DNA from: a bacterium
Lineage (GTDB): Bacteria > Zhuqueibacterota > Zhuqueibacteria > Residuimicrobiales > Krinioviventaceae
NCBI GenBank assembly: GCA_963674595.2
Contig: CAXXFV010000008.1
Span: 320,001 to 384,000, forward strand
Length of the DNA stretch: 64,000 nt
Direction of reading: 5' to 3'
Under the pieces are notes generated by a model. It ran no database searches. It saw only the letters and a program-made list of their open reading frames with translations, and had not been told where the DNA came from. Shown here one piece after another: positions 1 to 8,403 of the stretch (positions are counted from its first letter, which is position 1; each line of letters starts with the position of its first letter). The position numbers and the translations under genes were made by a program.

Positions 1-3
1 TCG

Positions 4-879
4 TCAAGCAATTTGTATATATTTGTTATTTTGGTTTTTAGATTTAATTCCTGTAACCAGATAATATATCGCATAAAGTTCCAAAGAAAACGGTAAATAA
101 CCGAGGTACCCCAAAAGCGGCATTTCAAAAACATGTAATACGTCTACAAAGGGAACGATGTAAATCCATTTGGGATAGGAATAATAATTCCACATCTCCC
201 AAAAATAACCACAAATCAGGCATCCTGTCCATAATGCTATTACCGGTTTCCAATTGCCGTTGGCAGCCTCTCTAATCAGAGAGGGATTGCCAAGCCATGC
301 ATTAACCGGATCAAGAATAAAATAGACTGAAAGCCATAAAAATACGAAAAAATATTTCGGCCACATAAACAGCAAAATCAGCATAAGCCATCCGGAGAGA
401 AAAAACAAAACCAATTTTGTGTTTGTCAGTGCAAAGCCCGGTCGTTTACGAATTTTTGAAAACCACTTGAATGTACTGACCAGTTCTGCCGTACCAAATA
501 CGGCCGGGATGACAATTGAAAAATTTAAAGATGCATATAAAAAATATTGTAAGTCTTTAAACAGGTGACGTCCCTCATAGAACCAGTTTTGACTGCGCCA
601 ATTAAGCAGCTCAAACAGCCACCAGACCGGCATTGAAAGGAAAAACAAACCGATAAATATTTTAAAATTCCGTGTTAACATGGAACTGCCCTTGCGCATC
701 AATACAAGCGCATCAATGACAAAGCAATATCCCAGCCACAGGGGAAAAAATGCCCAATGCGTACGCAGACCGTCAAGGGACCAGTTTAATGTCCAAAAAA
801 TTGTTATTAACACCAATCCGATCCATCCGTATACCGGGAATTGTTTTGCCAACAGTTTTAGTTTGTTATGTGGGGGCAT
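4..879 (-). CDS. Integral membrane protein of unknown function (291 aa)
   Basis: About 8 hydrophobic, Trp/Phe-rich segments; repeated WW-FE-x-N / FWEMWNYY..W-Y motifs; abuts the upstream gene. Confidence 0.8.
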   Translation of the reverse strand: MPPHNKLKLLAKQFPVYGWIGLVLITIFWTLNWSLDGLRTHWAFFPLWLGYCFVIDALVLMRKGSSMLTRNFKIFIGLFFLSMPVWWLFELLNWRSQNWFYEGRHLFKDLQYFLYASLNFSIVIPAVFGTAELVSTFKWFSKIRKRPGFALTNTKLVLFFLSGWLMLILLFMWPKYFFVFLWLSVYFILDPVNAWLGNPSLIREAANGNWKPVIALWTGCLICGYFWEMWNYYSYPKWIYIVPFVDVLHVFEMPLLGYLGYLPFSLELYAIYYLVTGIKSKNQNNKYIQIA

Positions 880-1431
880 TTATTTGTTTTTTTCCAGTAA
901 GGTTTTAATGTTTATCAAAGTATCCCGTATTTCCACAAGAACATTAGGCGATGGTTCGTTGTTTTCAAGATTTTGGTTAGAGTGTGCTTTGTTTTCCGGT
1001 GAAATTAATACATCCCGCTGAGATAAAACACGATCACGGAATTCTTTTGCTTCTATAACACCAATTATTTTTGCATCACTGGTGCCTTGCGGATTGCTTT
1101 GTCCGGCTGTTTCGATTTCCAGCTTGCAAATATTTAACGCTCTTAATAGAGGACCGTCTCTTAATGTTAAATCCTGTATTTTATCAAGCGGTATTGTTTT
1201 TTCGACCCGAAATAAATATCCTTTTTTTAACTCGAGTGTTTTGGGCGTGAGGATACATTCCAGGTTTTTGAAATATTTATTACAAAAGTAATTACCTATT
1301 ATTAACCAGATCGGGATAAGCGGGATGCCTATTGCCGAAATAAATAAAAGCCCTGTTACATAAAGATAAAGATAGGTTTTTAGTACAGGATGATAAACTG
1401 CATGGTGTGTGGTGCCTGAATTATTCGTCAT
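880..1431 (-). CDS. Bacterial PH-domain (bPH_2, YdbS-like) membrane protein
   Basis: N-terminal TM hairpin followed by KKGYLFRVEKTIPLDKIQDL..GPLLR..LEIETAG pattern. Confidence 0.8.
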   Translation of the reverse strand: MTNNSGTTHHAVYHPVLKTYLYLYVTGLLFISAIGIPLIPIWLIIGNYFCNKYFKNLECILTPKTLELKKGYLFRVEKTIPLDKIQDLTLRDGPLLRALNICKLEIETAGQSNPQGTSDAKIIGVIEAKEFRDRVLSQRDVLISPENKAHSNQNLENNEPSPNVLVEIRDTLINIKTLLEKNK

Positions 1432-1450
1432 TATGTTTTCCTATGTTAAA

Positions 1451-2605
1451 TTATGTCAAGTAAATTCCAATAAATTCCCTTGCTACATTAACCAGCGTAT
1501 GTGTCAGCGCGGCGTAAAAAACATTTTTTGTTTTAATATATACATATCCATAAAACCAACCGGCGAGTGAGGCCAGGCCGATATATATGATTGAACCGGA
1601 ATGGTAATGTACCAGTCCAAAAAAAACGCTGGTAATAGCCAGAGCCGTATACACACCGAGGTCGGATTTTTTATTTTTTTCCAGCAGATATGCAATAATA
1701 AACAGGACCAAGGTCATCAGGGCAATAAACCATTGAAAACCATCTTTAATCGAATATCCGGCCCATAAAGAGCAGAAGAGTAAAATTATTATTCCGTATG
1801 TCCAATATTTCTGCCAGCGAGTGCTCTGAAATATTTTCTTTTGTAACAAATTTTGAAACAGTCCTCTGAAAAATAGTTCTTCAAACAGGGCCGTATGAAA
1901 AAACATGGTGAGAAATCTGTATAACGCCGGGATTGTTAATGCTTTTGGTTTGCCGAATTCAAGTGTTTGAGTAAAATATCCGGGTAAAATGATAATGCCG
2001 TAAAAAATCAGCCATGAGAGAACAGCGATGATTAAATATCTCCATTTAAAGGCTAATTCAAAACCGATGTTTTCCAAACCTCGCAAGACGACAAATGCGT
2101 ACACAATACTCAGCATCATCACGATTCGGTAAACAGAGTCCAGCGTACCGCCGTGGACCGGTAAATCCGCTTTTGCAGGGAAATGGACTAAAGTTAGGGG
2201 AACCAGATAAAAGATAAGGACTGTAAAGTCCAGCCAGGTTATGTTGTTATTTTTGCTTTGAGGATGAACGAACACCAACGTTGGAATTAACAACAGCGAC
2301 GGCAATAGTAATATCGATTCTTTAAAAGGATTTCCCCCGTTTAATAGTATATAGCTGTACAACAATAATATTAATAAAGCAGGGAAAACCAGCGCTCTGC
2401 TGAACTGATTATCTATCTTTTGCTGTATTTTTTGCGTGAAACTGCTGTCGCCAACGGTGAAAAAGAAAAAATACAATACCAGGAAAAACGGGACTGAAAT
2501 TATCAGGTCAATCATATTCAAACCGTTCCAGGTTTTCATAAAAACAAAAATACCCAAAACCAGCACGGCAAGAATACATTTTTTCAAGTGTGGAAATAGT
2601 TTCAT
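1451..2605 (-). CDS. CPBP (Abi/CAAX protease-like) intramembrane glutamic endopeptidase
   Basis: EELFFRG, FFGLVH and HTLVN motifs in a multi-TM protein. Confidence 0.85.
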   Translation of the reverse strand: MKLFPHLKKCILAVLVLGIFVFMKTWNGLNMIDLIISVPFFLVLYFFFFTVGDSSFTQKIQQKIDNQFSRALVFPALLILLLYSYILLNGGNPFKESILLLPSLLLIPTLVFVHPQSKNNNITWLDFTVLIFYLVPLTLVHFPAKADLPVHGGTLDSVYRIVMMLSIVYAFVVLRGLENIGFELAFKWRYLIIAVLSWLIFYGIIILPGYFTQTLEFGKPKALTIPALYRFLTMFFHTALFEELFFRGLFQNLLQKKIFQSTRWQKYWTYGIIILLFCSLWAGYSIKDGFQWFIALMTLVLFIIAYLLEKNKKSDLGVYTALAITSVFFGLVHYHSGSIIYIGLASLAGWFYGYVYIKTKNVFYAALTHTLVNVAREFIGIYLT

Positions 2606-2628
2606 AATATTGCTTTATTTAAATCCGG

Positions 2629-3789
2629 TTATTTTAGACAGGCGCCAAAGTCAAGCTCTACATAGTCCCGATATTTAGCTTCCTGCATATTTTCAGCATA
2701 AGCGACCCACAATTTAAGGGCTGTTGCGTCATACACGATATTTTCCAGATTACCGCCATCATCACCAAGTATGCGTGATAATTCAATCATTTTTTGTGCA
2801 TTGTACGTGCCGGTATTTTCTTGCAAATGCGAGTAACAGGTATCATTGTTCATGGTATAATAAATGGTGTTTTCAACCATGTTCGGCGCCATTTCATCAT
2901 TGGGATCGTTACCTTTCCAAACGTGGAGTTTGACCGAATCAGGAGTGGAAACCAATATTTTAGCCGCGCCCATTGTTTGTTCCTGACCATCACCGATGTA
3001 AAACCGGTAGCGTTTGATCAGTTTTGTAGTTTCCACAATTTCGAGCGCTTCATCCAGGTTGTCGGCATCATATAGAATATCTCTGAACAAAGTTGAAAAA
3101 TGAGTCCCATCCAGATCAAACGGATAATCTTTTTTCGGTGAAGCACCTTTTTCACTAAGGACGATACCATGATCATTCATACCACTGTGAGCGGCAATAT
3201 AACCTGCAAATGTCGGCAGTACATGGGCATGACCCTCATCCGGTAAATAAACGACAATAACAGGATTTTTTTGCAGACGGGCATGCATTGTAAAATCCAG
3301 ATTTCTTATTTGATAAAGATGACCATCTTCCGATGCGTTACCCCAAACCGCAACACCGCTGCAGGCATAGTCACCCAAAACCGGAATCATGTGCGCCCGT
3401 TGCAGGGTTTTTAAAGAAACGCCTGATCCGTCTGCCACGCCTTTTAATTCTTCCTTAAAACGGTCTTTAATGTATGGTGAAACGGATTCCCAGGCCTTAT
3501 CCAAATTTTCGTTATTAAACCTGTCCGACATGGCTACTTGGGCAATTTTTAAATAGGGATATATGGTCCTTTTTATCATACCGGGAATGGTTGAGCCAAG
3601 TTGGTATCCCATTTCATAAGGGCTTCCTTTTACTGTTACTACGGCAACTTTATCATCACCTTGACCGATAAATTTAATATTATCCGAATCTACATAGCCT
3701 TTGCCGCAGGATGAAATCAGGATAAAAACAAGAAAAAGAAGGGAAAAAAGATAAATTATTCTTGTTACAGGGCGTTTAATATTTTTCAT
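2629..3789 (-). CDS. C45-family Ntn hydrolase / acyltransferase, probable lipoprotein
   Basis: GSPYEMGYQLG, autoproteolytic A|CSG, RNLDF, SGMNDHGI; lipobox-like LISSC; start moved to ATG 3789 after an AAGGA RBS. Confidence 0.85.
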   Translation of the reverse strand: MKNIKRPVTRIIYLFSLLFLVFILISSCGKGYVDSDNIKFIGQGDDKVAVVTVKGSPYEMGYQLGSTIPGMIKRTIYPYLKIAQVAMSDRFNNENLDKAWESVSPYIKDRFKEELKGVADGSGVSLKTLQRAHMIPVLGDYACSGVAVWGNASEDGHLYQIRNLDFTMHARLQKNPVIVVYLPDEGHAHVLPTFAGYIAAHSGMNDHGIVLSEKGASPKKDYPFDLDGTHFSTLFRDILYDADNLDEALEIVETTKLIKRYRFYIGDGQEQTMGAAKILVSTPDSVKLHVWKGNDPNDEMAPNMVENTIYYTMNNDTCYSHLQENTGTYNAQKMIELSRILGDDGGNLENIVYDATALKLWVAYAENMQEAKYRDYVELDFGACLK

Positions 3790-3871
3790 TTTTACCGTTC
3801 CTTGTAAAAAACGTTTCAAGATTTTTTTTGTGTTTAAGAAATCCGAAATGAGCATCTTATTTAAGTTAAAT

Positions 3872-3901
3872 AACCTCTCAGGTTTTAAAACCTGAGAGGT
3901 T
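3872..3901. repeat. Perfect 30-bp palindrome (REP-like or terminator hairpin)
   Basis: AACCTCTCAGGTTTT|AAAACCTGAGAGGTT is its own reverse complement; intergenic, downstream of the TBDR operon. Confidence 0.85.
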
Positions 3902-3964
3902 TTATGTTTTGATCAGTGAAAAATAAAGATCTGTTTTAATTGTATAATGTTACATAAATTGATT

Positions 3965-5116
3965 TTATTTCATAAGAATCATCTTTTTTGTGGCAGAAAA
4001 ACCATCATCACTGGTTAGTTTATAGAAATATATTCCGGAAACAGCCTGGTTGCCTGCATCATCAAAACCATCCCACATTTCAGTATGTGTTCCGGCATTA
4101 ATTTGAGAATTAACCAGGGTTCTTACTTTTTGACCCAGTGAGTTATAAATTGTAAGATTCATTTTGGCCTTGTATGGCGCCGTAAAAGTGATTGATGTTG
4201 CCGGGTTGAACGGATTGGGATAATTGTTTTCAAGTGCGAATTGGGTCGGCAATGTGTTTTCATCGCCATCAACTGCGGTGGAACCGACTTGTTTAAAAAT
4301 TACGTCATCCAGTTCAATTTGACAATCAACCTGTCCTAACAGAGAAAAGAACATGTGAGTGCCTTGTACCCATGGGTCCGGGTCTGTTGTTTCAATAAGC
4401 CAGTCTACCTCATCTCCGGCTTCCAGATCATCCGTTCCATCCCAAACTTTAACCTTCACATCACCTTCAAAGAGATAAAATTTTACCCAATACCATACAC
4501 CCAAATCATAATCAAAATCTCCAGTTGGATCACTGACACTTATCCATGCGGCTGGTTGGATAAGGCCATATTGTTGGTTGACTTTAATTATTTGTGTTCC
4601 ATCATTTATTGGATCAATGTTTAAAGAATAATAGGATTCTTCTGTTGGATCCGGAAAGGCCCTGGTTGTGTCATCTGTAAAGAGTCGTGTTGAGACACTA
4701 AACCACGCGCCATCTTGCATGCCGGCATCAAATTTTACCCGAAAGTTTATTTCATGGTTTGCAGGTATAAGTTTGGATTGTTCTCTGATTCTTTCTTCCG
4801 TGCCATCCATATCTGTTGGATCAACATAAGAAACACCGTTTGAAAGGATCAGTGCTGCACCGATCATTGAAGCATAGTTGCCGGCTTTTAGGTAAGCGGT
4901 TCCATCTTCCGATTGCATGGTTACCTGTCCTGCCAGACCATCATCTTCACCAAAGTACAGCCAGCCCACATTGTTTAGCAGATAATCTTGTGCCGGGTCA
5001 TCAAAATGATCTTCCCATATTATTTCTCCCACTTCCTGAGCTTGTAAGTTGATGGTAAAAAATAATACTAGTGCACATATAATTGTTGCGCCGAGTTTTT
5101 GTAGACGATTTTCCAT
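3965..5116 (-). CDS. Secreted protein with C-terminal FlgD-Ig / T9SS type-A-like sorting domain
   Basis: Signal peptide (..LQA|QE); C-terminal FALENNYPNPFNP..IYNSLGQKVRTL..WDG..SGIYFYKL..KKMILMK. Confidence 0.85.
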   Translation of the reverse strand: MENRLQKLGATIICALVLFFTINLQAQEVGEIIWEDHFDDPAQDYLLNNVGWLYFGEDDGLAGQVTMQSEDGTAYLKAGNYASMIGAALILSNGVSYVDPTDMDGTEERIREQSKLIPANHEINFRVKFDAGMQDGAWFSVSTRLFTDDTTRAFPDPTEESYYSLNIDPINDGTQIIKVNQQYGLIQPAAWISVSDPTGDFDYDLGVWYWVKFYLFEGDVKVKVWDGTDDLEAGDEVDWLIETTDPDPWVQGTHMFFSLLGQVDCQIELDDVIFKQVGSTAVDGDENTLPTQFALENNYPNPFNPATSITFTAPYKAKMNLTIYNSLGQKVRTLVNSQINAGTHTEMWDGFDDAGNQAVSGIYFYKLTSDDGFSATKKMILMK

Positions 5117-5212
5117 AATTCCTCCTTTTTGGCTAATCGCATCATTAATTGGTTTGTTTAAAATATGGGTTTTTAATTATAGGGCCCAAATTTTTCTATT
5201 TTATTTATTAAG

Positions 5213-6244
5213 TTAAAAACCAATGCCCAGACTAAATCTGTTTACACCTCCAAAGTACTCTGCATTTGTATATGCATAATCCAAACGAGCTTCATAACTG
5301 GAATAATCGAATAATAATCCTAATCCAAAGCTGAAATTTTCCACATCATAATTAAATTTATAACCTGTCCGTAGAGCAATTTTTTCTTTATAAATCAACT
5401 CAGATCCAAGGTGCACTCTGTTGGTATAATCAATTGGAGAAACAGCATCAATGGATGTGTTGATTACAATTTCTTTTTGATCCGGTATTAATGCTTTAGC
5501 AATGTCCATTGCCAATCCCATTCGAATGGTTAGGGGCATTTGAAATACTTCGCTATAGTATTTCATGTCTGTTGAATAGTTGCAAAAAGCCACCGCAAAC
5601 GCCATGTCTTTATAACCAATATCATAGGATGCGCCAAAATCAAAACCCAAATGGCCCAGGTCCCAGTTTTGCTCCTTAAAAAGTAAAACATCATCCTTTA
5701 CTTCCGGATCATATACGGTGGTATATGCATAGCTTGCGCGCCCCAAATCTTCATAAGCATACTTGACTTTGCCGCCAAAAGAAAAACGGTCGTTTACCTG
5801 GTAAGCATATGAAAGCCCTATGGCATAATCCTGAATTGAAAGATTGCCGGTCAGTTTAAAGCCCAGTGGATTGGTATCATCACGAACCGTTCCCATAATG
5901 TCACCATAATCCATATATATGACATCCAATCCTATGGCTCCATACATGCCCATATTGTAAACCATTCCTATCCCGTAAATTTTTGTCTCTGCCAGCCAGT
6001 TAACCTGGTTAAAAATGGCGTTAAAACCTTCCACTTTGGTAATTCTGCCGGGATTGTAGAACAATGCCTGTGCACCTTTAACAGATGCTGTTGCAGCATT
6101 GCCGATGCCGCTTTCTCTTGCGCCAAGGCTTATAGACAAATATGTCATCCCGCTTTGTGCCACTTTTTTCATTTGAGCAAAAGCGGATTCTGAAAACAAA
6201 ACAGATAGGGCCAGGCATAACAGGATGTATTTATTTTTTTTCAT
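5213..6244 (-). CDS. PorV/PorQ-family outer-membrane beta-barrel
   Basis: Signal peptide; YLSISLGARESGIG..ALFYNPG N-terminus; alternating beta-strands; terminal Phe (SLGIGF). Confidence 0.85.
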   Translation of the reverse strand: MKKNKYILLCLALSVLFSESAFAQMKKVAQSGMTYLSISLGARESGIGNAATASVKGAQALFYNPGRITKVEGFNAIFNQVNWLAETKIYGIGMVYNMGMYGAIGLDVIYMDYGDIMGTVRDDTNPLGFKLTGNLSIQDYAIGLSYAYQVNDRFSFGGKVKYAYEDLGRASYAYTTVYDPEVKDDVLLFKEQNWDLGHLGFDFGASYDIGYKDMAFAVAFCNYSTDMKYYSEVFQMPLTIRMGLAMDIAKALIPDQKEIVINTSIDAVSPIDYTNRVHLGSELIYKEKIALRTGYKFNYDVENFSFGLGLLFDYSSYEARLDYAYTNAEYFGGVNRFSLGIGF

Positions 6245-6255
6245 ATCATGACTCC

Positions 6256-8382
6256 TTATCTGATTACAACAAATTTACCTGTCATAGAACCCAGCGCGTT
6301 GCCGGATTCATCCCAACCTTCGACATAATAGATATAAACGCCGCTTTTGATAATTTGCCACGAGTCGGTAATATTGTAAAATTCTTCGTTGGCTGAACCA
6401 GGCAGCGATAATGTATTCTGAGGATTTGGATGTTCGAGTGTCGTTACCAAATCGCCGTGCATTGTAAAAATTCTTATTGTTGCTTTTGCCGGTAGTCCGA
6501 CAAACATTATTTTATCTTCCAATATTCGTGGAGCTTCATAATAATCATTATATGAGGTCCCATGACCAAATGCTTTACCCTGAACATGAAATGGATTGGG
6601 AACAACATATACGGAATCCAACGCTTTGGTCGCCGCTCTGTTCGGTATACAGGGATTAGAGTAATTCCGGTTTGAAAACGGACTTGATTCCAGCCGTTGT
6701 CCCGGTGAAACACCGCTTGTATTTTGCGATCCGTCATCATAGGCAGTTACATAATAATAATAGTTCTTTCCTCTTACCACATCTTTGTCAACATACTCGT
6801 GTTGGGTGGTGTCCAGATCAGCAATCAGGTTATACAGTTTTGTATAATGCCCGTCTGCTCTGTAAACCCTATAGCCGGCAATATCAACAACGCCGGTTTG
6901 CCAGTCTTCTATATAGTAATCTTTTTCAAATGTCCATTTTAGAATATTTTCACCGAAACCGGAAGTAAGTGAAAGATTTGGCGACGGTGGGGGAGAAGCT
7001 ACGGTCTCCAAACCGTTTTTCCAGGCCCATTCTGCACGTGAAGCATATAATGTCAATGAATCGAGACCTGTTGCCAAAAGAGCATTTTTTGCCTGATCAC
7101 CGGTTTTTCCGTCAAATTCCAGTGTACCCTGAATCCATTTGCTGCCCTCGGATATGGCCAGACGTTGTGATATTGAACCCACTACCTGATACAATACAAT
7201 GGTTATACTTTCATTTGCCGGAATGTCATAGGGGCCAAATGACAGCAACCCAACCGGTTCAATGACTTCCGGATCATAGGGATGAATGGCTTTGCCAACA
7301 GTACCGGTTGACTGCACGCCGGTACTGAGAACCGAATAGAGGTCTATTTCACCATGCCCTTTTGTATGTGACGGCATAATGTCACGGGGCCTTATTTCCA
7401 CAGTGGATGGCTGTAAACGGTCGTCCGTATCATCATTATAAGCGGCATCTGCATGAATGACACCAAAGCCCGGATATTGAGGCGATAAAAATTCTCCGGT
7501 AGATTCGTCCGGATCACCGGTGTCGTCACCTGTATAGTGGTCATCAGAGGCGACACCATCATAGACATAATAGAGGCCGCGAAGTGTATCACCGGGTTGG
7601 CTGCCATAATAAACCGCCCAGTCATCATTTTGGTTTACCAACTGATGTCCCCGGTCTCCGCCGGGAATCAAATGATAAATAAAACCAAAATAAACCCCTG
7701 TCAGGTTTTGACCGCTTAATTCTGTGCCGGTGCCGGTTGCTGCATTTCCATTATTTTTAAATGTATATTCTCGGATAATATAACTGTTGTGATTTTGGTT
7801 GGCAAAAGCATAACTGGTCATTTCAACTTGAACGCCGACATCCGTACCCCAGGATGTTTGTATCCTTTCATCCGCGATAAGACTTTTTACCGGTAAACCG
7901 CTTGCTTCTCTGCTGTCCAATACACGAATATCTTCAATTTCATTAACCATAACGGTCGGTAAATAATAACGTACCTTTTTTTTGTTTTGCAGAAAAAAAG
8001 TGTAACCAGGAGCTTCATAATTTTCAAATCCGCCTTCGGAAACATAATGACTATGATGGGTTCCTTGTTTATCCGTCCAATCGGTTACGCCAATCCATAA
8101 GCCAAGGCCGCTCAGGTTTTTTCTTGTCATACGACCAAAGTCACCACCGGGATAAGTCATTTGGTTTTGCAACGGCGCATAGCTGTCAATAGATCCGGTT
8201 GCGGGCATTGTTTCCCATAACAAGCCAATTTCATGGCTGCGAATGACCTGGGAATAAGAGTTTGAAATAAAAATGATAAAAATACATACAATACTATTAA
8301 ATAAAAAAGATTTTATACCGCTGCCTCTTGTTGTGAGCTTTTTGTGGAGCGGTCTATTTATATTATATAAATTAAAAATCAT
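6256..8382 (-). CDS. Large secreted protein with FN3-like domain and C-terminal T9SS-like sorting domain
   Basis: PPPSP linker, AGYRVYR..YVD..YYYYVTAYD (FN3-like); VYVVPNPF..IRIFTMHGDLV..SGVYIY..GKFVVIR C-terminus. Confidence 0.8.
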   Translation of the reverse strand: MIFNLYNINRPLHKKLTTRGSGIKSFLFNSIVCIFIIFISNSYSQVIRSHEIGLLWETMPATGSIDSYAPLQNQMTYPGGDFGRMTRKNLSGLGLWIGVTDWTDKQGTHHSHYVSEGGFENYEAPGYTFFLQNKKKVRYYLPTVMVNEIEDIRVLDSREASGLPVKSLIADERIQTSWGTDVGVQVEMTSYAFANQNHNSYIIREYTFKNNGNAATGTGTELSGQNLTGVYFGFIYHLIPGGDRGHQLVNQNDDWAVYYGSQPGDTLRGLYYVYDGVASDDHYTGDDTGDPDESTGEFLSPQYPGFGVIHADAAYNDDTDDRLQPSTVEIRPRDIMPSHTKGHGEIDLYSVLSTGVQSTGTVGKAIHPYDPEVIEPVGLLSFGPYDIPANESITIVLYQVVGSISQRLAISEGSKWIQGTLEFDGKTGDQAKNALLATGLDSLTLYASRAEWAWKNGLETVASPPPSPNLSLTSGFGENILKWTFEKDYYIEDWQTGVVDIAGYRVYRADGHYTKLYNLIADLDTTQHEYVDKDVVRGKNYYYYVTAYDDGSQNTSGVSPGQRLESSPFSNRNYSNPCIPNRAATKALDSVYVVPNPFHVQGKAFGHGTSYNDYYEAPRILEDKIMFVGLPAKATIRIFTMHGDLVTTLEHPNPQNTLSLPGSANEEFYNITDSWQIIKSGVYIYYVEGWDESGNALGSMTGKFVVIR

Positions 8383-8403
8383 TTATTTTCCTCCGAGATA
8401 AAA

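Noticed and set aside
7696-7711. CCTGTCAGGTTTTGA, a half-match to the 3872 palindrome
   Set aside because: Lies inside a coding frame and has no second arm.
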